Position numbers and translations under genes: made by a program. Positions 48,801-56,632 of a stretch of 64,000 nt of DNA are shown in pieces (the first letter of the stretch is position 1; each line of letters opens with the position of its first letter). This DNA is from Poseidonia sp. (lineage in GTDB: Archaea > Thermoplasmatota > Poseidoniia > Poseidoniales > Poseidoniaceae): the NCBI GenBank assembly GCA_038127845.1, contig JAYPIL010000002.1:2572-66571 (forward strand). The letters run 5' to 3'. The notes below the pieces were generated by a model. The model worked only from the letters and a program-made list of their open reading frames with translations. It did not search any database and was not told the DNA's origin.

Positions 48801-49100
48801 TCACTTCCACAAATCGACTCCTATGGCCTTGCGAATGGTATCTCGCAGGGTGTTGTCTTCCTCCGTACCAATCCCGAGGACGGTCGGAGATACAGACGCC
48901 GATAGTTGGTCTCGCAATCTATCGGGCAGTGTAGCCATCACGGCGGAGTCGACCACCATGATACCCACTGATTTGTTGTTGAGTAGGCTTCGAAGGGTGG
49001 AGTGCAATTCATCCTCCCCTTCAGGATTGTAAAGGTCGGACAAACCAGCGAGCTGGAAGCCCAAGGTAAACGCAGGAGAACCAACGACTGCAATCTCCAT
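48801..49100 (-). CDS. atpF: A-type ATP synthase subunit F
   Basis: 99 aa. MEIAVVGSPAFTLGFQLAG...VGIMVVDSAV is the AtpF/NtpG pattern, in the expected operon slot. Confidence 0.8.
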   Translation of the reverse strand: MEIAVVGSPAFTLGFQLAGLSDLYNPEGEDELHSTLRSLLNNKSVGIMVVDSAVMATLPDRLRDQLSASVSPTVLGIGTEEDNTLRDTIRKAIGVDLWK

Positions 49101-49109
49101 AGTATCACC

Positions 49110-50150
49110 TCAAAGAACGTGGGCCTCCAACACTTCAGCGGACAGGCCCGCAAGACGGCCACGAACGATCAATCGCAAATCCATGACTTCCTGAACTTTC
49201 ATGGCAACATAGTGAATGATAGGGAGCGCCGATACAGGATGGAGGTAGCTCATCCGTTGCATCATCGCATATTCTCTCGCTTTCATCCACGTCACCACGG
49301 CGTCAAGACTGCGGCTTTCCTCTGCTTCCGACAACGTTGTTTCAAAGGCAGCCATATCGAACTTGTCGCCTGCTCGAAGCAGGTCCATCATGCCGTCACG
49401 GCCGCTGGTTGCGATGGTCGAGAAGGCACGCTTTGGAATCAATCGGCCACCAGGAATCAACAGCGAAACCAATTGTTCGTTGGAAATACCAACGGCACTG
49501 GCCTCGAGAATGTTGACGATGTTCTTGTGGTCGATTTCAGCAGCAAACAAGCGGGAAAGGAACCGTGCCGGGGCGCCTTTTGATTGAAGCAGGGCTCGCT
49601 GAGCCGACGCGTAGTAGTGTCGGTCAAGGGCATCTTCGTATTCAGAAAGCGTACCGTTTTCGGGGACTTTCGCCAGCGCTGAGCCAAACGATTTCCTGCG
49701 CATCAGCGTTGCAGCCGATTTGAGGTCGTCGCAACTTTCCACCACTTTGAGCCACGGCGTGTTCACGTCGTTGATTTCCGGGAGAATGGAGTTGCCCACC
49801 TCTTCCACGGAAACTTCGTTGTGAATCGCACGCAACACGGCTTTGGCGTTTTGGTACTCAAAGCGGGAGGTGTAAATCTCAATCAGTGGACGAATCGTGG
49901 AGTTGGCCATGTTGACGATTTCGGTTAACTCGGCCTCAAGATTGTGCGTGAGGGCCGCTTCAACGAGGTCGCCACCGGTCAGTTTGCCTGCGTAGAGGTC
50001 GATCTCGTTGCGATAGCCGATGTCGGCAACAGCCACGGTGAGTTGGTCCACGGACTGGTTGATGAGTTGGCGAAGGCGTGCTCGGTCTGCCAACTTTTGC
50101 CGTCGTGCCTTGGCACGTGAGACGACATAAGGGGTGTTTCCGAGCATCAT
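49110..50150 (-). CDS. atpC: A-type ATP synthase subunit C
   Basis: All-helical protein of about 346 aa in the C slot (d-subunit family): YVVSRAKARR...DLVEAAL. The track start is TTG 50171. ATG 50150 is preceded by AAGGTGA. Confidence 0.8.
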   Translation of the reverse strand: MMLGNTPYVVSRAKARRQKLADRARLRQLINQSVDQLTVAVADIGYRNEIDLYAGKLTGGDLVEAALTHNLEAELTEIVNMANSTIRPLIEIYTSRFEYQNAKAVLRAIHNEVSVEEVGNSILPEINDVNTPWLKVVESCDDLKSAATLMRRKSFGSALAKVPENGTLSEYEDALDRHYYASAQRALLQSKGAPARFLSRLFAAEIDHKNIVNILEASAVGISNEQLVSLLIPGGRLIPKRAFSTIATSGRDGMMDLLRAGDKFDMAAFETTLSEAEESRSLDAVVTWMKAREYAMMQRMSYLHPVSALPIIHYVAMKVQEVMDLRLIVRGRLAGLSAEVLEAHVL

Positions 50151-50163
50151 GTGTTCACCTTCT

Positions 50164-50727
50164 TCATCCAAACAGTGTTTCGTTCACAGCAGACAGCTGG
50201 TTTGACCAGGCACGCTCAAGCATGTTGTCAAAGCGCATGTCAAACGACACGGACCCGTCTTCGGCCTCGAGGATAAATCCTCCAAGACCATCCACGCTTT
50301 CGCCCATTTTTCGGTCACCGGCTTCCTTGGAAATGGCAGCGCGGTCAATTTCAACAGGGCGAATCACGAACTTGCCTTTTGCCAATTTCTTGGACTCACC
50401 AAGCAAGGACTTCAACAAGGCTGCTCGGCCCTTCATGCCGGGGTCGGCGATGTGTTGGCGTGCAGCATCCAATGTTGCATCGAGCACCTTTCGGCGTGCG
50501 ATGAGGATGTCCTTTTGGTTGGACTGCCGGGCGCTCGCCACGGTTTCTCGGGCGATTTGTACGGCTTCTTTTTCAGCACGCTGCTGGGCTTCGTCACGGA
50601 GGGTGTTGGCTTTGGCTTCAGCGTCGGCCAAAAGGGTCTTGGCTTCGGCCTTCGCATCAGCAATCAACGCCTTGGCTTCGTTTTCCGCCGCTGCAGCGAT
50701 GTCGTTCGCAAGTGTTTCTAGGGTCAT
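50164..50727 (-). CDS. atpE: A-type ATP synthase subunit E
   Basis: 187 aa. N-terminal Ala/Glu/Lys-rich coiled coil (AENEAKALIADAKAEAKTLLADAEAKA) plus a globular C-terminus, in the operon slot between K and C. Confidence 0.75.
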   Translation of the reverse strand: MTLETLANDIAAAAENEAKALIADAKAEAKTLLADAEAKANTLRDEAQQRAEKEAVQIARETVASARQSNQKDILIARRKVLDATLDAARQHIADPGMKGRAALLKSLLGESKKLAKGKFVIRPVEIDRAAISKEAGDRKMGESVDGLGGFILEAEDGSVSFDMRFDNMLERAWSNQLSAVNETLFG

Positions 50728-50786
50728 GATATCGTCTCCAATGTTTATCGTTCAATTGGGTAGAACCCAACGGACAACCGTCGTCC

Positions 50787-51104
50787 TCAGTTGAGGAAGA
50801 GCGGAAGGGCACCGAGAATCACAATGGATTCTGGGAGAGCGGTGAAGATCAAAGCGACACCGAACTTGCTGCCGTCTTCGGCGAGCATGCCGACAGCAGC
50901 GCTGCCGATGGCGGCTTGGGAGAAACCTGCACCGATGGCAGCAAGGCCAAGGGCAAGTCCGACACCAACGTCGCCGGTCATTCCGTCAGTTGCACTCGAA
51001 TCGGTTGTGGTTGTCTCTTCAGCAGCAACACCTTGGGCGACCAAGGCGAGCGTTGCCAAAACGATCAGCGTGCGTAGGCTCATTTTCAGGGTATTCTTGT
51101 TCAT
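50787..51104 (-). CDS. atpK: A-type ATP synthase proteolipid subunit K (c subunit), single hairpin with an N-terminal signal-like extension
   Basis: 105 aa. AGGAGGT ribosome-binding site. GLALGLAAIGAGFSQAAIGSAAVGMLAED...ALIFTALPESIVILGALPLF is a single c-subunit hairpin carrying the carboxylate in PES. Confidence 0.85.
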   Translation of the reverse strand: MNKNTLKMSLRTLIVLATLALVAQGVAAEETTTTDSSATDGMTGDVGVGLALGLAAIGAGFSQAAIGSAAVGMLAEDGSKFGVALIFTALPESIVILGALPLFLN

Positions 51105-51135
51105 ATTTTCTACCTCCTATTTTGTGTCCAGGGGA

Positions 51136-53187
51136 CTATGATTGCCCCTCCGTATGGAGGGTGCGACCGCCAATCGGGGTAAAAACCCGACCGGAGCCGT
51201 CGTAGAACTTGCCCATCCACTCAACGAAGTGGAGACGGGCTGCGTGGATGCTCGGGGAGAGCAAACCAAGCGCGAGTGCGAATGCTTGAATGAAGAGGAA
51301 CAACACAAGGCCGAGGACAATGGAAACGATGCCGCTTCCCGACCACATCAGATCCCATCCCATCGTGATGGACACTTCTGCGATTTTGACACCGGCAACG
51401 CCGACGCCCATGACACGCAGGTAGGACAGCGTATTGGCGAGCAATCCGAATGTTTCGATAGGGCCCATGATGAAGCCGCCCGCCCATCCAAACTTCTCAA
51501 AGACGGCCAAGCCGATGATAAGGCAGCCGACGCCAGCGAGGGTGGCAATTGCATAGGGCGTCAAGTCAAACACACCTTGGTCGGTGGTGAGGAAGCCATA
51601 GATGTGGAGCGTTCCAGCGGCCAAAATGATGATCCAACTTCCCTTTTCGAAGAAGGCTGCTACAACGCCGTGTGCTCGTGCCACGTTGATGAAGCCGAGA
51701 ATAAAACCGAACATCAGGTGGGCAACGCCGAGGTAGACCGAGAGCAGAACGTATTCGCTGAGCGACGAGGTGGCTCGATGGAAGGGGATTTTGGTGTAAC
51801 TCATGTTGAGCGTCTCCGTAACGAAGGCAGGGAAGTGGATGTTGTTGTACGTCCACGTGTAGAACGCAGCCAGCGGAGAGGCATCGCCCATCTGACCGGT
51901 ATTGTCCCAGACAAACCCGAAGCCTTCGGCGAATAAGAAGCCCCAAATCATGCACCAAACGCCCATCCACTTGAGAATGGTGATGCCGTTCTTGGCGACC
52001 GGGTCAGCAGCGAAGGGTTTCGTGCCGAGCCAAAGCGCAAGAAGGAAGATGACGAATCCGTAGCCAAAGTCACCCAAAATCAACCCGTAAATCATCGGGA
52101 AGGTCAGCATGAGGAAGAAGGTGGGATCAAAGGTGCCGTAGGTCGGGCGACCGACCAAACCAACCATCAGCTCAAACGGCCGAGACACCGCATCGTTCTC
52201 CAAAGCCACGGGAGGTGTAGGCTCTTCGTGGTGGTGGTCGTCGTGGTCGTCGTCGTGATGGTGATGATGGTCGTTCACAAAAGCCTCGATTTCAATGTGA
52301 GAGGCCATGGAGTCGAGTGCTTGGCGCACATCAGCACCCTTTGAAGTCGGCACCCATGCATCAAGCGCAAAGGCTTGACCGGTGACGGCGAGTTGCGTTG
52401 GAGCGGTGTGAATTTCGTCTTCCTTGGAGAGGTACTCGTGGATGGCGAGGATGTTGCGTCCGTTGTTGCGGGCCCAGCGAGTTGCGTCTTCTGAAGCAGA
52501 GTACATTGTCCCTTCAACTTCCTTCCGCTTCGCCACCAGACCTTTCAGGGCTTCAGAAGCAGACCCGTCAATTGCGGGCACCTGCACGGGTTTCCCGCCG
52601 AGTTCACCAAGTGCCATCTGCACTTCGGCCCCTTCGCTTGGAAGGCAGGCAACAGCCACGATACCGGGTGCGGAAGCGAGTTGGACTTTGGAAGCCAAGG
52701 CGCCGAAAACGCCTCGTGCTTTGCTCGCCTTCTTGGTTTCGGAAACATACACTTCCACACGGTCGGAGCCGGCGAGGAGGTCGAGATCCATGTTCAACGG
52801 GGCGAGGCGTTGCAACAGGTGAATCTGTTCATCGAGCGAGGCGAGTTCGGCCTCTGCATCCCGTTGGGTGTCAAGCAGGTCAAGGCCCTTCTGAAGTTCC
52901 TCGGAAAACGTGCCGTCAAGCAGTTCTTTGACACGCTGAAGCGGAACGGGGCCGTCGCCGTTGACGGGCTTGAACGCTGAGACGGCTGCTCGGACCTTGG
53001 CCAGAAGCGAGCTCACGTGGTTGGCTTCATCGGATTCAGCGGAGCGACCCACCTGTACGCCGTCCTCAAAGTTCGTGTACGACTCGATGTGAACGCATCC
53101 TAGGTTGGTGCATGTTCGCAAGACGTCCGCCATACGGTCCACGGGGGCAGCCACGGTCAGTCGTGACATGGCTACCGTGTCAAACAT
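51136..53187 (-). CDS. atpI: A-type ATP synthase subunit I (a-subunit homologue)
   Basis: 683 aa. N-terminal cytoplasmic domain plus about 7-8 TM segments. The C-terminal LSYLRVMGVGVAGVKIAE contains the conserved stator Arg context. Confidence 0.85.
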   Translation of the reverse strand: MFDTVAMSRLTVAAPVDRMADVLRTCTNLGCVHIESYTNFEDGVQVGRSAESDEANHVSSLLAKVRAAVSAFKPVNGDGPVPLQRVKELLDGTFSEELQKGLDLLDTQRDAEAELASLDEQIHLLQRLAPLNMDLDLLAGSDRVEVYVSETKKASKARGVFGALASKVQLASAPGIVAVACLPSEGAEVQMALGELGGKPVQVPAIDGSASEALKGLVAKRKEVEGTMYSASEDATRWARNNGRNILAIHEYLSKEDEIHTAPTQLAVTGQAFALDAWVPTSKGADVRQALDSMASHIEIEAFVNDHHHHHDDDHDDHHHEEPTPPVALENDAVSRPFELMVGLVGRPTYGTFDPTFFLMLTFPMIYGLILGDFGYGFVIFLLALWLGTKPFAADPVAKNGITILKWMGVWCMIWGFLFAEGFGFVWDNTGQMGDASPLAAFYTWTYNNIHFPAFVTETLNMSYTKIPFHRATSSLSEYVLLSVYLGVAHLMFGFILGFINVARAHGVVAAFFEKGSWIIILAAGTLHIYGFLTTDQGVFDLTPYAIATLAGVGCLIIGLAVFEKFGWAGGFIMGPIETFGLLANTLSYLRVMGVGVAGVKIAEVSITMGWDLMWSGSGIVSIVLGLVLFLFIQAFALALGLLSPSIHAARLHFVEWMGKFYDGSGRVFTPIGGRTLHTEGQS

Positions 53188-53196
53188 GGAATCGCC

Positions 53197-53514
53197 TCAA
53201 GCAGATGTCAGTGCGTCAACAACCATTTGGACAGCCTTGTCCTGGTTGCTTGCGGAGTTGGATTCGATGGCTGCCACTTCTTTGGCACCGGAAGACTTGA
53301 CGCCAACGGCTTCGCCTTGAGCCTTTGACCGGGCTTCGTCGAGAATGGACTGCGTCATCGCAACTGTCTCGTCAGCCGCTTTTTGGACAAGTTCCGTTGA
53401 CTGGCGGCGGGCATCGGAGAGGATCTTCGACGCTTCTTCTTGTGCGTCAGAGAGCCGTTTCTCCGCATCTTGCTCTGCGGTTTTGATGCTTCGGAGGACT
53501 TCGGACATACCCAT
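53197..53514 (-). CDS. atpH: A-type ATP synthase subunit H
   Basis: Helical protein of about 105 aa (LRSIKTAEQDAEKRLSDAQEEASKILSDARRQ) in the first operon slot. The track start is GTG 53523. ATG 53514 is preceded by AGGTG. Confidence 0.6.
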   Translation of the reverse strand: MGMSEVLRSIKTAEQDAEKRLSDAQEEASKILSDARRQSTELVQKAADETVAMTQSILDEARSKAQGEAVGVKSSGAKEVAAIESNSASNQDKAVQMVVDALTSA

Positions 53515-53550
53515 CAAGAACACCTGTTGATTTCCCCACCTAAGGAGGGT

Positions 53551-54327
53551 TTATGAGTCTAACGAACCGCCTTGCTGGGCTCTTTCCTTCGGTTTCGTGC
53601 CACGGAAGCGGCTTGCCATCCCAAATGGATACAACAATCGCCCCTGAACATCCTCAAAACCAACCCTTCGCATCATCGTTCGATAGTATCCATTGGTGCC
53701 ATAGTGCGTGTAGCTCTTTGCCAAGCCTTTCCACGGGTGATTTTTCTCCCGGGTGATGATTCGAGCGAGCAATTGAACAACCGTGTTCATCCAAAGGTAG
53801 CCGAAGAAGCCGTGGAGTTTGTTGGCTTTACCGGCGTCGCACATCACCAAGCGCCCGCCCGGTTTCAGTACGCGGTATATCTCCCGTAGACCTTGCTCTT
53901 TATCCTTGAAATCTCGGAAGGAAAACAGGCAGAACACCATGTCGTAGGTTGCGTCCGGAAGCGGGATGTCCTCCGCAATGGCTTCCACGTAGGTTGCAGG
54001 CCCTTCGCCTCGGGCTGCTCGCGCTGCATCCACTCGGGGTTGGGCTGTAGCAAGCATTTCGGGAGAGGGGTCAAGACAGGTCACATCGAGTCCAACCAAG
54101 TCCTCGGCAAACGAGCCAGGGCCACACCCGACCTCGAGCACCTTCATCCCGGCCGTGGCATGGTTGCGAACATTCCGTCGCCAACGCTTGTCTTGCCCGA
54201 AGGTCATCCACGTGTTGACGCGATCGTAATTCGGGATGGTGGCCTCAAGTTGGCCTTCCAATTCCTCCCAAGCGTCCGTGTCGATGCCCGACGGGTCAAA
54301 TCCACCGGTCGCTGAACGCTTGCCCAT
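53551..54327 (-). CDS. ubiE: UbiE/MenG-family (demethylmenaquinone/ubiquinone) SAM-dependent methyltransferase
   Basis: 258 aa. YDRVNTWMTFGQDKRWRR (UbiE N-terminal motif), VLEVGCGPG (SAM motif I), FRDFKDKEQGLREIYRVLKPGGRLV. Confidence 0.75.
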   Translation of the reverse strand: MGKRSATGGFDPSGIDTDAWEELEGQLEATIPNYDRVNTWMTFGQDKRWRRNVRNHATAGMKVLEVGCGPGSFAEDLVGLDVTCLDPSPEMLATAQPRVDAARAARGEGPATYVEAIAEDIPLPDATYDMVFCLFSFRDFKDKEQGLREIYRVLKPGGRLVMCDAGKANKLHGFFGYLWMNTVVQLLARIITREKNHPWKGLAKSYTHYGTNGYYRTMMRRVGFEDVQGRLLYPFGMASRFRGTKPKERAQQGGSLDS

Positions 54328-54381
54328 GGTGGTGCCGAGCCCCCGACTTTTTTGGACATGTCGTTGTGTCCACGACGACCA

Positions 54382-55185
54382 TCAAGCGATACGTTCCACG
54401 GTCTCCGGGGTGATCCCTTCCTCGGGCGTCACCCGGAACACGAGGATTTTCAGGTTCTCCGGAGCGTTTCGGAATTTGGAGACGATCATTGAATTTTCAA
54501 AATCCGTACCGATGGTTCGAACTTTGAACGACAGCACCATGTCGGCAATGGACGAGAGTTCTTGCTTGATCGATGGGTCTAATCCGTCGGTTGAAACACT
54601 GATCATCAGCAGCCCACGAACCATCTGAGCGTGCGCTTGAAGCATACGAACCATGGACACAACCCGTGCTGGGTCTTCACGCTGAAGGAAGAAATCCAGG
54701 TTGTCCAAAACGGCTCTGAAGTACGGACCAAGCCCCATGATCTCATTCGTGACTTCGGTGAGGTAATCCTGGTTGTTGTCATCAACAAACCGCGTTTGAG
54801 CGAGGCGCTGAATATCGGCGAGTTGGAATCCCTCGAGTCGGTAGCGACTGGCGAGCAGTTCGCGCTCGAGGACGTTGGCGTTGTATTCTTCACCGATGGT
54901 ACGGACATTGATGTCCAGCGGCCACCCGTATTTTTGGAAGATGCGAACAATCTCTTGTTGCCCTTCATCGGTTGCGATGTAGAGGGTGTTGTCGGGCTCC
55001 TCGGCAGGAGAGGTAAACTGCTTGGCAAACAATTCGCTTCCCGACCCGGTCTCGGTGAAAGCGATCATGGTGAACCCTCGGGGAACACCACCGCGCATTT
55101 CGCTGTCGAACTTCGGCACACCGAAAGAGCCGACGCTACCGAAAAATTCCTCATCCTCGGGGTCAAAGGTCATCTTTCTTGCCAT
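54382..55185 (-). CDS. KaiC/RecA-superfamily paralogue with a degenerate Walker A
   Basis: 267 aa. GGVPRGFTMIAFTETGSGSELFAKQF aligns to the KaiC-like GGlPxGsxxLixGxpGtGKTxfaxQF, but GKT is replaced by GSE. A RecA-like core follows (AVLDNLDFF...MISVS). Perfect GAGGTGAT ribosome-binding site. Confidence 0.6.
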   Translation of the reverse strand: MARKMTFDPEDEEFFGSVGSFGVPKFDSEMRGGVPRGFTMIAFTETGSGSELFAKQFTSPAEEPDNTLYIATDEGQQEIVRIFQKYGWPLDINVRTIGEEYNANVLERELLASRYRLEGFQLADIQRLAQTRFVDDNNQDYLTEVTNEIMGLGPYFRAVLDNLDFFLQREDPARVVSMVRMLQAHAQMVRGLLMISVSTDGLDPSIKQELSSIADMVLSFKVRTIGTDFENSMIVSKFRNAPENLKILVFRVTPEEGITPETVERIA

Positions 55186-55196
55186 GCATCATCACC

Positions 55197-55796
55197 TCAG
55201 AGAAGAACCACCTGACCCCGGTCGATGAGGTCGGTGCAGTACGTGTCCAAGTTCGCTAACACCAACGGTGGCGTTTGGTCTGGAACGTTGAGAATCACGG
55301 ACAGAACCTCGCGTTGTCGGAAGGTGTTGATGAAGGTGTGGAGGTACTCTGCAAGCATTCGGTCGTCGTTGTAAATGGCGAGCGCATTGACGCTGTCGAG
55401 GAAGACAAAGTTTCGCTGGTTGTTCACCGTACGAAGGGTGTAGAGGGTGCGCAAAAGAATGCTCTCCAGCATGATGGGGCTGTCAATGAACGTGATGTTG
55501 GGGTAGGGCACATCGGTCCCACCGAGCACACCAGAAGAGACAAGGTCGAGGAAATGAATGCCAGAAACATCAACGCCAACCGCTTCAAAGGCCTGAATGA
55601 TTTCGACAGCACCTCTGCTTGCTGAGATGTACACGCCACCCATCTCAAACATCTGCATGAGCGGCACCATGGTGCTGGCCGTGACGGCGAAGGTGTTGGC
55701 TGCGCTCATCCGAACCTGAACGGAACTGCTCAGGGAGACTTGGGTCAGTTGTTCTGCGATTCGCTGATCGAGTTCAAACATGTTCACTGCCCCCAT
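55197..55796 (-). CDS. Short KaiC/RecA-like paralogue lacking the P-loop
   Basis: 199 aa. No Walker A. FVFLDSVNALAIYNDDRMLAEYLHTFINTFRQREVLSVILNVP resembles the Walker B/beta-strand core of KaiC-like proteins. It overlaps the upstream gene by 13 nt (alternative ATG at 55781). Confidence 0.45.
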   Translation of the reverse strand: MGAVNMFELDQRIAEQLTQVSLSSSVQVRMSAANTFAVTASTMVPLMQMFEMGGVYISASRGAVEIIQAFEAVGVDVSGIHFLDLVSSGVLGGTDVPYPNITFIDSPIMLESILLRTLYTLRTVNNQRNFVFLDSVNALAIYNDDRMLAEYLHTFINTFRQREVLSVILNVPDQTPPLVLANLDTYCTDLIDRGQVVLL

Positions 55797-56566
55797 CTGG
55801 ATGTTTTGTCACCCGAAGCGCCCCATTTCAGCATGGGAATGAGCATCACGCCCAAGGGTGTGAGTTCGATTGCATGCTTGGCCCGACTGTGCGACGTACC
55901 TCTCATCTTGACGACTTGCAAGAATCGAAGCAAGTGCCCCATGCGCTCAGCATCACCCATGACAATGATGCCGTCGGCGATGGCTTCTTCCACACCAAAC
56001 GACGACCAGTGCGCGTTCTCCGTAGCCGAAGTGATTTCGGAAATCAGAATGGTCGTGCACCCGAGTGTCGCCAACTTCTTCCCGAGGGTAAAGAGGAAAT
56101 CTCGAATCAATTGTTCGGATTTAATCTTGTAACAGAGCGTGGTGACTGAATCGATGACCAACCGGGTGACACCGATGGTGTTCACGATGTCCACGATGGA
56201 TTTGATGAGTGCGTGCACGTCGTCAAGGTCGAAGGAGGCTTTCTCCAATCCGAGCCACGAATACAACACGTCCATGTCAAACACGTTGATGAGACCCGAA
56301 TCGACCATGTTCATGTCAAAGAACGCATACTGACGGATGTTCTCAAGCAGTTTCACCGAGGGTTCCGTGGCGGTAAAGTGGGCACAAGCCTCACCGGCCA
56401 GCGCACCCCGAACGAGGAATTCCATGCCGAGCGTGGTTTTTCCGGAACCGCAGGTCCCAGCAGCGAGAACCGTTGACCCGTAAGGAATGCCGCCTCGCAA
56501 AATCTCATCCAATCCGTGGATGCCCGTTACGCATCGATCTCGTGTGTAAACGCTGCTAGGCTGCAT
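55784..56566 (-). CDS. KaiC-like RecA-superfamily ATPase (intact Walker A and B)
   Basis: From ATG 56566: VTGIHGLDEILRGGIPYGSTVLAAGTCGSGKTTLGMEFLVRGA, RLVIDSVTTL, TTILISE, VVKMRGTSH. This is the canonical single-domain archaeal KaiC/Rad55-like pattern. Confidence 0.8.
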   Translation of the reverse strand: MQPSSVYTRDRCVTGIHGLDEILRGGIPYGSTVLAAGTCGSGKTTLGMEFLVRGALAGEACAHFTATEPSVKLLENIRQYAFFDMNMVDSGLINVFDMDVLYSWLGLEKASFDLDDVHALIKSIVDIVNTIGVTRLVIDSVTTLCYKIKSEQLIRDFLFTLGKKLATLGCTTILISEITSATENAHWSSFGVEEAIADGIIVMGDAERMGHLLRFLQVVKMRGTSHSRAKHAIELTPLGVMLIPMLKWGASGDKTSRWGQ

Positions 56567-56632
56567 GGGACCAAACAGGAGGAGAGGCCGCAGGTTGATG
56601 AAGTGTTTGCAACACACCAATCAGAACCGAGG

